Source of the DNA: an uncultured bacterium
GTDB lineage: Bacteria > Cloacimonadota > Cloacimonadia > Cloacimonadales > Cloacimonadaceae
Reading direction: 5' to 3'
Assembly: GCA_938009275.1 (NCBI GenBank)
Contig: CALLHY010000030.1
Coordinates: forward strand, 11,776 to 75,775
DNA: 64,000 nucleotides
The position numbers and the translations under genes are program-made. A model generated the notes under the pieces. It had not been told where the DNA came from. It saw only the letters and a program-made list of their open reading frames with translations, and searched no databases. The first letter of the stretch is position 1, and the number at the start of each line of letters is the position of its first letter. Shown piece by piece: positions 40,340-49,110 of this stretch.

Positions 40340-41149
40340 GTGCTTTCAAAAATTGATCAGTTATTGCTGGATGCTGGAACTGGTAATGCAGACGCTCAAA
40401 ACCAGTTAGGAGATGCTTACTTCGATGGAATCGGAATTGAGCAAGACCGCGCTAAAGCATTCGAATGGTATCTCCGAGCTGCTGAACAGGGTCATGGAAA
40501 GGCTCAATATAACGTAGCCTATGCTTATGCCAATGGAATTGGAACTCAGAAGAACACATCTGAAGCTATCAAATGGTACGGCAAATCAGCAGATCAGGGT
40601 GTGGCTCTGGCTCAGTATGTCCTGGCGAAGTTACTAATCGATGGGCAGTACGTAGAACAAGACTTAGGCCAAGGTCTGGATTTGCTGCAAAATGCCTCAG
40701 ATCAAGGACTAGATCTTGCGCAATATGATCTGGGGACTATCTTCCTAGATGGCAAGATCGTCGTGCCCGATGTAAGCAAGGGTATCAGGATACTAACTCT
40801 TGCAGCCGAGCAAGGGAATAAAGACGCTCAATTCAATCTTGGCTTGGCCTATTCCAGTCTACCCGAACCAAACTGTCCCAAAGCCGAGAAATACCTTCGA
40901 GAAGCATCATTCAATGGCCATTTTAAGGCGATGTTCGAGTTATCCAGACTATACACGATCAACATGAGAGACTACAAGCAGGGCCTATTGTGGACAATTG
41001 TAGCCTTAGAATACTGTGAAAAACAGGATGAACAGAGGATTTGTCGGGTCAAGCATAACTTGGAAAACAAGCTGAATACGGCCGAGTGTGAAGCAGTTAT
41101 ATTTCAGGCAAGGGACATCATAACCAGATTGGACGCAAGGCTTAGTTGA
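40340..41149 (+). CDS. Sel1-like repeat (SLR/TPR-family) protein
   Basis: At least five repeats of the A.QxxLGxxYxxGxGVxQDxxKAxxWYxKAAxQG type. GTG start. Confidence 0.85.
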   Translation: MLSKIDQLLLDAGTGNADAQNQLGDAYFDGIGIEQDRAKAFEWYLRAAEQGHGKAQYNVAYAYANGIGTQKNTSEAIKWYGKSADQGVALAQYVLAKLLIDGQYVEQDLGQGLDLLQNASDQGLDLAQYDLGTIFLDGKIVVPDVSKGIRILTLAAEQGNKDAQFNLGLAYSSLPEPNCPKAEKYLREASFNGHFKAMFELSRLYTINMRDYKQGLLWTIVALEYCEKQDEQRICRVKHNLENKLNTAECEAVIFQARDIITRLDARLS

Positions 41150-41178
41150 CCTGGTCAAGAGTCGATTAAGGAGGATAG

Positions 41179-42546
41179 ATGAGTTTTGTTCATTTACACG
41201 TACACAGCGAATATAGCTGGTTGGATGGAGCCTGCATCATCGATGATCTGGTGCAGAGAGCGGTGCAGTATAAGATGCCGGCAGTGGCGATCACCGATCG
41301 CAATAGTGTGGCGGGGGCGTTCCGCCTCTGGCAAGCTTGCGTAAAAGCTGGCATCAAACCGATCATTGGGCTGGAGATAGCAGTCCTAAACAATCCCGGA
41401 GATGGCAGAGCCTTTTCCGTTATCCTGCTGGCCAGGAATGGCTCCGGTTACGAAAATCTCTGCCATCTGGTCTCTCTGGCTTATGAGCAGGATGCTCTAG
41501 CCCCAAAGATCACTAAAAACCAATTGGCAGAGCATGCTCAAGATCTGATCTGCCTATCCTTCAGCGTAGTGGGAGAGCTTTGCACCCTGTTGTTGGAGGG
41601 CAGAGATGTCGAGGCAAGGCAGGTTTCGGATTGGTATCATGAGGTCTTTGGCGAAGATTACTTCTACGAAATCCAGAACCACGAGCTGCCCTCTGAAGCG
41701 GTTGCCATGAATAAAGTTCTGAATCTGGCTTACCAGACCAAGATACCCGTGGTTCTCACCAATGACTGTCATTGCATGGATCGTAGTGACTCTATCTCGA
41801 TCGATGCCCTGAACTGCATCAGAAAGGGCTTGGATTTCGCTCATTCGGAAGCCAAACGCTTTGCCTGCAATGAGTACTATCTCAAATCGCCCAAAGAGAT
41901 GAAAGCGCTCATTGGTTTCCCACCTCAGCTTATCAAGAACACTCTGGATATAGCCAATAAAATCGATGTAACGGATGGCTATATACCTGTTTCTGAGAGC
42001 GATCTATCCGTATCCAAGGTGGTGGGATTACTAAGCAGCTACTCATCCACCTTGAAGATCAAATTCAAGCCCAGCAGCAGGCATATTTCTTTATCTTTGA
42101 TGGATCATCAGTCCGCGGATGTATTGGAGCATCTCCGCCAGCAACTGCCAGATTTTGAGTTCATTCACTTTACTGAGTATGATCCCTGGACGCCAAGAAG
42201 TATCTATGCCGCTGTCCTGAATGCAATGAAGGTCCCGGAAGAGAAGATCAGGGATCTTTGTGGTTTGATCCCTGCTGAGGCAAAGACCCTCCGAGAAGCC
42301 GTCTTGATCGATAGCGATTTCTCCTGTCTATCCAGTGAGGACTATGTTTGTTCATTGGCTGCAGAGATAGGCGATACCTTGATTAGTACTTACAAAGAAG
42401 AAAGACCGGCGAGACACAGTTATGCCTTGATCCCTAAGGATATGCCAGTTCCGATAGTCCGAGATATGTATGGACAGCAAAGATGCCAGTACGACTTGTG
42501 CATGATTACCCAGGCTGGCATAATCAGCCTGGAGTTTCAAATATGA
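41179..42546 (+). CDS. Stand-alone DnaE-type PHP (polymerase/histidinol-phosphatase) domain protein with an unrelated C-terminal half
   Basis: MSFVHLHVHSEYS, AITDRNSVAG, GLEI, FYEIQNH and VLTNDCHC parallel the N-terminal PHP region of Pol III alpha. No palm or fingers sequence follows. Strong AAGGAGG RBS. Confidence 0.75.
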   Translation: MSFVHLHVHSEYSWLDGACIIDDLVQRAVQYKMPAVAITDRNSVAGAFRLWQACVKAGIKPIIGLEIAVLNNPGDGRAFSVILLARNGSGYENLCHLVSLAYEQDALAPKITKNQLAEHAQDLICLSFSVVGELCTLLLEGRDVEARQVSDWYHEVFGEDYFYEIQNHELPSEAVAMNKVLNLAYQTKIPVVLTNDCHCMDRSDSISIDALNCIRKGLDFAHSEAKRFACNEYYLKSPKEMKALIGFPPQLIKNTLDIANKIDVTDGYIPVSESDLSVSKVVGLLSSYSSTLKIKFKPSSRHISLSLMDHQSADVLEHLRQQLPDFEFIHFTEYDPWTPRSIYAAVLNAMKVPEEKIRDLCGLIPAEAKTLREAVLIDSDFSCLSSEDYVCSLAAEIGDTLISTYKEERPARHSYALIPKDMPVPIVRDMYGQQRCQYDLCMITQAGIISLEFQI

Positions 42547-42580
42547 GATTAGTCAAAATCAATCATATTGAGGAGATAAA

Positions 42581-43465
42581 ATGAATAGGGAGACTAAGCC
42601 AAGGAAACTGAAGGACAGCTCCAAAACGAGAGTGATGCCTTTCTTTACTTACCTATTCGAACATTATGGCATTGGACCCAGTTGGATTCCCACCTTACTT
42701 GGGATGGCTACAAAGAATCAGGATCTCGCTAACATGATGTCTGCGATGAATTGCAGTATCAGCACCGACAAAAGAAAACAGACGACAACCAAGCAGGTTG
42801 ATAGCCAACAGAATAGGAAGAATTGCTTTGAATACTCCATAGCACCTTCTGTTGCTTTTCTCAAATGGCTTATCTTGAATCCGGGAAAATTGACATGGCC
42901 AAAAACCAAGGGGGTTGAGAAGGTTTTCAATAACTTAAGAACACAAAAAATGAGAACGTCCCTGATTCATCCTGCCAACGCCAATGAAAGGGAGGTTGTA
43001 CAGCAGTATGCTCTGAATCAGCTTATGCTGATTAGTAATAGAGGAATCGTAGTTAAAACCTCTAAGGACAAAGCTGAAGCTTGGGTTAAGTTTGAAGGAT
43101 ACACAAGGTTGGATTGTTTGCTTGAGACTGCGGATTATGTCCTGGCTATTGAAGGTAAAAGAAATGAGGGTGTATCAAGATCGATTCATTGGTATCCTCA
43201 ACGTAACCAAATTGTTAGAAACCTGGAAGTTCTCCGAGAGTATGCTGGGACTAAACAATACGCATTAATCCTTATGAACAAAGATGGAACAGATCCTATT
43301 AAGGATGCTGATTTTGTATTGAGTCTACCCCATATGAGCAGAAAGGCAGTTCAAGAAATCTCACGTCACTACTTAGGGAGCATATCGTGGAGAGAAGCAT
43401 GTGAAGTACTCAATGTACCATACTCTAATCTTCCAGATACGATCTGTGATGCGATTAAACAATAA
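42581..43465 (+). CDS. Putative PD-(D/E)xK-fold nuclease, paralog 3
   Basis: RLDCLLETADYVLAIEGKRNEG has D-x12-E-x-K spacing, followed by RNQIVRNL. Confidence 0.45.
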   Translation: MNRETKPRKLKDSSKTRVMPFFTYLFEHYGIGPSWIPTLLGMATKNQDLANMMSAMNCSISTDKRKQTTTKQVDSQQNRKNCFEYSIAPSVAFLKWLILNPGKLTWPKTKGVEKVFNNLRTQKMRTSLIHPANANEREVVQQYALNQLMLISNRGIVVKTSKDKAEAWVKFEGYTRLDCLLETADYVLAIEGKRNEGVSRSIHWYPQRNQIVRNLEVLREYAGTKQYALILMNKDGTDPIKDADFVLSLPHMSRKAVQEISRHYLGSISWREACEVLNVPYSNLPDTICDAIKQ

Positions 43466-43506
43466 AAGCGAGTTACCCATCGGTAATATGAAACTATGAG
43501 GAGACT

Positions 43507-44229
43507 ATGATACCAATCACATTCTTGTCCCACGCTTGCGATATTCTCGCAGACACAAATGCAGGGTTGCCCGGTTCAAAGATTGCAGAATACTGCGCAG
43601 CATACGCTGTAGACTACAACGTTGATATACCTTATGGCACCTATCCTTTTTTCGATAGTCCAAACAAGCGAACGGCACTCCCTAAGAATCTCCAGGCTTT
43701 CAAACCAGAGCAGCAGTTCGCAATCATCAAGGAGTTGTGTGAATTAGAAAAGTGGTCTGACGAATCCAAGATCAAAGACCTGAAAATCAAACTAATATCA
43801 CGATTTGGCAGTTTGTTTCAGGGTTCTGAGTGCATCAACGAGATACTGATTGAAGAAACCAAGCACTGGCTGGAACCTTATACAAAGTCAAAGCAAAACT
43901 ACTTATATGCCTTGGACAAATTCAATAATGGCGTGTTTCTTAGGAATTCTCTTGATGACCTAAGGCTGTCTCTTGAATTGCTACTGCAAGAAATCTTTGG
44001 AAATTCTAAGTCATTGGAGAACCAAATCAATGAAGTTGGGTCATTGGTTATCTCGATGGGAGGATCGAAAGAATTCGCCAATATGTTTCAGAAACTCGTG
44101 GAGTACTATACCAAGTATCAAAACACCTATATCAAGCATGACGACAGGGTCATGGAGCTTGAGATTGAGTTTATTTTTGAGCTCACATCGTCTTTCATGA
44201 AGCATTTTGTTAGGCTATCTGATCGCTAA
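43507..44229 (+). CDS. Hypothetical protein, last gene of the nine-gene operon
   Basis: GAGGAG RBS, 240 aa, helical by eye, no motif recognised. Confidence 0.5.
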   Translation: MIPITFLSHACDILADTNAGLPGSKIAEYCAAYAVDYNVDIPYGTYPFFDSPNKRTALPKNLQAFKPEQQFAIIKELCELEKWSDESKIKDLKIKLISRFGSLFQGSECINEILIEETKHWLEPYTKSKQNYLYALDKFNNGVFLRNSLDDLRLSLELLLQEIFGNSKSLENQINEVGSLVISMGGSKEFANMFQKLVEYYTKYQNTYIKHDDRVMELEIEFIFELTSSFMKHFVRLSDR

Positions 44230-44355
44230 AAGCATAGTTTGGTAATGTATTCATCATCGGAGAATCGCTGGTCTGGATCAGAAACCAATGTCTAATACAA
44301 ATCAAGGTTCAATTAGAATCAAACACGAATGATCCTTTCTGCTAGGGTGGAAAAG

Positions 44356-44386
44356 GATTTTCTCATTGACAGAAGAAGCTAATATG
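44356..44386 (+). promoter_or_regulatory. Second copy of the TCTCATTGACA-N8-TA.TA element, upstream of cargo operon 2
   Basis: See 34986-35029. TTGACA is at 44366-44371. Confidence 0.35.
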
Positions 44387-44408
44387 ATTGTTTGACTTTT
44401 GGCGTGTA

Positions 44409-44686
44409 ATGGCCGAAATTAATGATGCGACTAAACGCTTGAAAGAGGCAACTGATCAGACCTTGGGAGTGTTAGGCGGATCATCTAGTTCTTTTTTTAA
44501 GGAATCAGGATGATGAGATTAGAAGACATTAAGGCAGGAGCCCTGATTCAGGGCATGGAACCAGGGGAAGTAGTGCGCATTGTTACCAGTGAGCCTATCA
44601 GGATTTTGTTTCCATGCAATTCTTCAAATCAGCACGCTTACAGCCTTATCCAAGTACTTGCAGATATGTTGGGAACAATGATATAG
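44409..44686 (+). other. Two short overlapping ORFs (34 aa and 58 aa, ATGA junction); either small leader genes or the remnant of a decayed gene
   Basis: My translations are 44409-44513 [34 protein letters not shown] and 44510-44686 [58 protein letters not shown]. Both fall below the ORF-track length cutoff. Confidence 0.25.
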
Positions 44687-44702
44687 ACGGAGGCGACAGA
44701 GA

Positions 44703-47700
44703 GTGAAGAACCTAGCCAAGAGCATCTTAAACTACTACTCTACCTACAACGAGACCAGATTCCGCTTTGATACCAGGATAAACTTTGCCTGGAGCAATGA
44801 CGACAAGACGCTGGATATTCCCTTTTTTCCTGAAGTCGCCCAAAACCTGTTAAATGAGATACAGGAGGGTAAAAGGATACATCTTTCAATCCATCCTGAA
44901 GAGCACAGCATTTCTTTGGATAGAAGGGCATTTATTGATGAGGTTTCCAGGGAAGCCAAAGATCTGTTTCCCAGATTACCAGAGACCTTTGACCCGGCAA
45001 ATCAAGAAACCAACAATGCTCTCAGGCAGTTCAATCTGGATCTTCGCTCCAAAGTCCAGGCTATACAATACAACATGCAAGCCCAGAAGATTGCCGAACT
45101 GCAAAATCTGCATGGGACATCGCATCAGCCCAAAACTAGCTTCAACCCTAGCATCAATGAGCAACTTATCTATGACAGCATCCAACGTGAGATAAACGTC
45201 ACGACTGATATTGAGCACTTTAAAGAGGCAGTCCTGCAGATCATCAAGAATTCCGAGTATACACTGGTCCTGTTTGACTTGTTTGCCCAGTTGAGGGATT
45301 TGGATAGGAAGATTGGTCTGGACAGAGTCTATCTCTTTGCCCACCAAATCAGTAATGAAGTTGGCAGCTATCCCCTCTACTTTGTTGAGTTGAGCATTGA
45401 CAACCAATTTGCTTCCATTAGTCTGGTGCAGACCCAGAAGATCATCTACTTGAATACACCAGCTATCAACGCCAACAAGCCCCAAGATGTACTGACATTA
45501 CCACGTGCTGAAGAAATGAGCAACGCACTGGCTACCATACGTCAGTTGAATGGCTTTCTAAATACCATCTACCACGGCCCCCAGGATTTTCTGATGCAGG
45601 ACAAATTCCCCAGCTTGATTTTGCCCAACTATCCAGAGATCTCCTCCCGGGTGGGATTTCAGATCGTAAAACAGGACTCAAACAACCTCCTGGATTACTC
45701 AGAATTACTAGCGCTATCTGACTCTTCAGTAGGGCAGAAATTCCTCAATTTAATAGACCAATACATCAATTCCAATGTTCCCTCTACGCAAAAAGAAGTA
45801 GAACAGCAATACTGGGATAAATACCCTCCCCGGGATGTCTGGAACATTGTCGATGACAATCCCTTCCCCTTAAACAAGTCTCAGAAAAAGATCCTTTTGG
45901 CTGCCCAAAATGAGAAAAACAAGATTATCGTTGTGGAAGGTCCTCCCGGTACCGGGAAATCGCATACTATCTCTGCGCTTGTCTATATGGCTTCAGGCTT
46001 GGGTAAAAGCGTTTTGATCACATCACACAAGAAGCAAGCGCTGGATGTCATCGAAGGTTATCTGACTGCTAAGTTTAGAAGCTTGAATCAAACAGGCAAG
46101 CCAGCCATCATCAGAATGGACAAGGCAAGCGATGGAATCGCCAATCCACCCGCTCAGACTCTGGCTAATCCAGCTTTCAACGGAGCCGCCAATAGGGTTC
46201 AGAGAATTAATATTACTGCAACAGAGCAAAAACTACAAGAGACTCTGGATAGGATCAAAGAGCAGAACCAAGTCTATTGGAAGCAGTTCAATTCGGCTTT
46301 GGTTTCGAATGATCTCATCTCCGAATACCTCGATCTGGAAAAGGATCTACAACTCCCGGAGAGCGAGATTTTTATATGTAACTTCACAGAGAAGGACGCT
46401 TCCGATCTGCTCGGATTCTTCAACCAGTTGCAGGAGATTGATTTCCCCCTCAGTTATCAGCACTTGAAGGAGTATTTCCAGAAAAGGGAAAGGTACGAGG
46501 CCTATAGAAAAGCACTGGAGCATCTAAACAAAGAAAAGACCATACCGACCTCAGCCGCTCCTGAAAGCGTAGATTTATCTTCACTGGAGGGCTTTAGCCA
46601 GATAGTTAAAGCATTAGCCATATCAATAAAAGGCGGTTTCAGTGTTTTCCAAGATGATTTGAAACCCATCAAGTTGCGCTGGGGGGATAAGTATCTTCCC
46701 CGGGCAGATGAGTTGGAATCGCTATCGGCTCTGCTAAATGATATCGAAAAGCACAGCGGATTACTGGCTGGCAAGGAAAGTAAAAAGAAACGCGAAGAGG
46801 CGGAACATGCCCTTGAACAGGATCACCCGGAGTTCTGTGACCAGGTCTTCAAGCTTAGAAAGGTCAAGGAAGCCAGAAAATACCTGGATGAAATCAAAAA
46901 GAAACTGGCTCAAAACTCAAGCGACTCCCAATTCACAGATGCTTATCTGCTGGCTGAGCACAAAAGAGTCAGCTTTGAAAGTATTAAGAGCAACCTTCAG
47001 CAGCTCGGGCATATAGATCATGCTGAGCTTATCCAAACCATAGCCGATCAAACCGGAAAAAAGAAAGATGACCTCACATTGCAGGACCTTGTAACTGGAG
47101 TTGACCTATTAGGATCTCAGAACGAGACTGGCCTGGCAAACAGCCTGATTGAAGAGCTGGCAGCCATGTTGGAAACCGATGTCAGCGCTCTTCCCCTGAT
47201 TAATACCAGATTAAAAAGAGCGCATGAGGTAGTAAGCAAGATTCAGGATACTGACTGGGATTGGTTTGATAAACTATATGATACATACCCAGCCTGGCTG
47301 GAACATCTGGGCATCGGATTGCACGATCTGAGCAACTGGAAGCAGATCCCCGCCGAAATGTTCGAGAAGATGCTCAGGTTGATCCAACTGCAGAATGAAC
47401 TGGCTGCCTTATCGGGAGCAAGTAAACCTGCACAACAGGACATTCAGGAATTCTATCGCCTTGTCCATCAGAGATATGAATATCAAAACGATGAACGCTA
47501 TTCCGACCTGATGAATTTCACAGGAGATATCAGCCGGATGCAGACCTCGATCCTCACTAAAAAACGCCTCTCCTCAGAACAAACCAGTGTGATGAACCAG
47601 CATCTAACCTGCGTGATCGCCCAACCCAGCCTGATCACGGATTACTTTCCCATGGAGGAGGATATCTTTGATTACCTGATCATCGATGAAGCTTCCCAGG

Positions 47701-49109
47701 TCTCGATTGCGGATTCATTATCGCTGATCCTGCGGGCCAAACAGGTGATCATATTTGGAGACGAACTCCAATATGGCGCGGTCAGCGCGGTTAACGTGGC
47801 AGAGCATTATGCCAGTGCCTATTTCAAGGAGATCATCCGCAGCTATAGCAAAGATCAAAACTTCCATGTCTCAGATGAAGATACTGACAGGCTGAGCCGC
47901 GAGGTCAGCAAGGCCTCTGTTGATGAAGATGAGGAGGAGACTTCCCGGATTTTCCTGCCCTCAGCCGGGAACATCGAATGGCTGAAAACCTTCAGCATCA
48001 GGACTTCCACCTTGGCTTTCTGCAGGGCGATGGCCAATTACAGTTCTGCCCTTGATGTTCACTTCCGCAGTTTCCAGGAGATCATCTCCTATTCTGCCCA
48101 GTTCTTTTACAAACAAAACAGCATCGATCTGATCATCAACCGGATCAGGACCAAACCCATCAAGCAGGTACTTAGATTTATCAGGGTAGAAACCAAAACC
48201 CATTCAGCCTCAAACGTGAACCTTGATGAGATCGAAGTGATCATGGATGAATTGAAACAACTGCACGAGCAAAATTTCAAGGGTACTGTCGGCGTGATCT
48301 GCTCTTTCAAAGAACAGCAGGCCAGGATGGAAAAGGAATTCCGGAACAAGAACTATATTACCCATTTGAAGGCTGATAATAATCTGAAGGTCTGGTTTGT
48401 AGGAGACGTGCAAGGTGAAGAGAGAGACCTGATCTTCTATTCCTTTGTCCAGGACGATAAATATAAGACAGCCGATCTCCGGACCATCTATCCTGTGGTG
48501 GGCGGCACAGCCGACAATATCCGCAAACTGAAGATGCAAAGGCTGAATGTGGGCTTTTCCCGCGCCAAGGACACCATGGTCTTCGTACATAGCATGCCCT
48601 TGGAAAAATATAACGATACCACTCTGGGCGCTGCTCTGCAACATTATCATGAGCAATTGGAAAACACACGGGACAACTATATTGAGGATGAGGGCATATT
48701 CGAATCTGAAGCAGAGAAAGAGCTGTATCGTCTGATCACGCAAACTGAGTTTTACCAGAAGCACAAGGATAAGATCAAGCTGGTGGCACAGTTCGAGATC
48801 GGTAAATACCTGGAAGATCAATACCAGCGTTATATCCCCAAATACCGGGTGGACTTTCTGCTTACTCTCAGCCAGGGAGGCAGGGAAAGATCGCTGATCC
48901 TGGAGTATGACGGCTTTGAATACCACTTTGATCCCAACTCGCCCCACGACCCCCAATATCTGGAGTATGACCTGGCCCGCCAATTGGAACTTGAGAGCTA
49001 TGGCTACAAGTTCCTACGCATAAATAAATTCAATCTGCTGCCCTCAGACCCGGCGCAGACCAAGATAAGCACCCTGAACAAATATTTGCAACAAGCCCTG
49101 GAGGAATAA
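44703..49109 (+). CDS. Large SF1 (Upf1/DNA2-like) helicase with a C-terminal DUF559/Vsr-like endonuclease-fold domain
   Basis: GTG start after GGAGG. Motifs are VVEGPPGTGKSHT (Walker A), YLIIDEASQV (motif II), IIFGDELQ and LNVGFSRAKDTMVFV (motif VI). The C-terminus reads YRVDFLL...LILEYDGFEYHF...YGYKFLRINKF. Confidence 0.85.
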   Translation: MKNLAKSILNYYSTYNETRFRFDTRINFAWSNDDKTLDIPFFPEVAQNLLNEIQEGKRIHLSIHPEEHSISLDRRAFIDEVSREAKDLFPRLPETFDPANQETNNALRQFNLDLRSKVQAIQYNMQAQKIAELQNLHGTSHQPKTSFNPSINEQLIYDSIQREINVTTDIEHFKEAVLQIIKNSEYTLVLFDLFAQLRDLDRKIGLDRVYLFAHQISNEVGSYPLYFVELSIDNQFASISLVQTQKIIYLNTPAINANKPQDVLTLPRAEEMSNALATIRQLNGFLNTIYHGPQDFLMQDKFPSLILPNYPEISSRVGFQIVKQDSNNLLDYSELLALSDSSVGQKFLNLIDQYINSNVPSTQKEVEQQYWDKYPPRDVWNIVDDNPFPLNKSQKKILLAAQNEKNKIIVVEGPPGTGKSHTISALVYMASGLGKSVLITSHKKQALDVIEGYLTAKFRSLNQTGKPAIIRMDKASDGIANPPAQTLANPAFNGAANRVQRINITATEQKLQETLDRIKEQNQVYWKQFNSALVSNDLISEYLDLEKDLQLPESEIFICNFTEKDASDLLGFFNQLQEIDFPLSYQHLKEYFQKRERYEAYRKALEHLNKEKTIPTSAAPESVDLSSLEGFSQIVKALAISIKGGFSVFQDDLKPIKLRWGDKYLPRADELESLSALLNDIEKHSGLLAGKESKKKREEAEHALEQDHPEFCDQVFKLRKVKEARKYLDEIKKKLAQNSSDSQFTDAYLLAEHKRVSFESIKSNLQQLGHIDHAELIQTIADQTGKKKDDLTLQDLVTGVDLLGSQNETGLANSLIEELAAMLETDVSALPLINTRLKRAHEVVSKIQDTDWDWFDKLYDTYPAWLEHLGIGLHDLSNWKQIPAEMFEKMLRLIQLQNELAALSGASKPAQQDIQEFYRLVHQRYEYQNDERYSDLMNFTGDISRMQTSILTKKRLSSEQTSVMNQHLTCVIAQPSLITDYFPMEEDIFDYLIIDEASQVSIADSLSLILRAKQVIIFGDELQYGAVSAVNVAEHYASAYFKEIIRSYSKDQNFHVSDEDTDRLSREVSKASVDEDEEETSRIFLPSAGNIEWLKTFSIRTSTLAFCRAMANYSSALDVHFRSFQEIISYSAQFFYKQNSIDLIINRIRTKPIKQVLRFIRVETKTHSASNVNLDEIEVIMDELKQLHEQNFKGTVGVICSFKEQQARMEKEFRNKNYITHLKADNNLKVWFVGDVQGEERDLIFYSFVQDDKYKTADLRTIYPVVGGTADNIRKLKMQRLNVGFSRAKDTMVFVHSMPLEKYNDTTLGAALQHYHEQLENTRDNYIEDEGIFESEAEKELYRLITQTEFYQKHKDKIKLVAQFEIGKYLEDQYQRYIPKYRVDFLLTLSQGGRERSLILEYDGFEYHFDPNSPHDPQYLEYDLARQLELESYGYKFLRINKFNLLPSDPAQTKISTLNKYLQQALEE

Positions 49110-49110
49110 A

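Noticed and set aside
41179-42546. Interpretation of the PHP gene as a truncated dnaE pseudogene.
   Set aside because: It is an intact 455-aa ORF with a strong RBS and operon spacing, and its C-terminal half is unrelated to polymerase palm sequence rather than frameshifted. The pseudogene reading cannot be fully excluded without a search.
48210-48983. 257-aa minus-strand ORF inside the 1468-aa helicase gene. Similar long antisense ORFs are at 51786-52505, 32889-33512, 44976-45485, 53538-54029 and 10720-11202.
   Set aside because: Each is fully embedded antisense to a gene with strong, recognisable motifs. They have low-complexity L/I/F/H-rich composition and no RBS or motif of their own. These are typical shadow ORFs.
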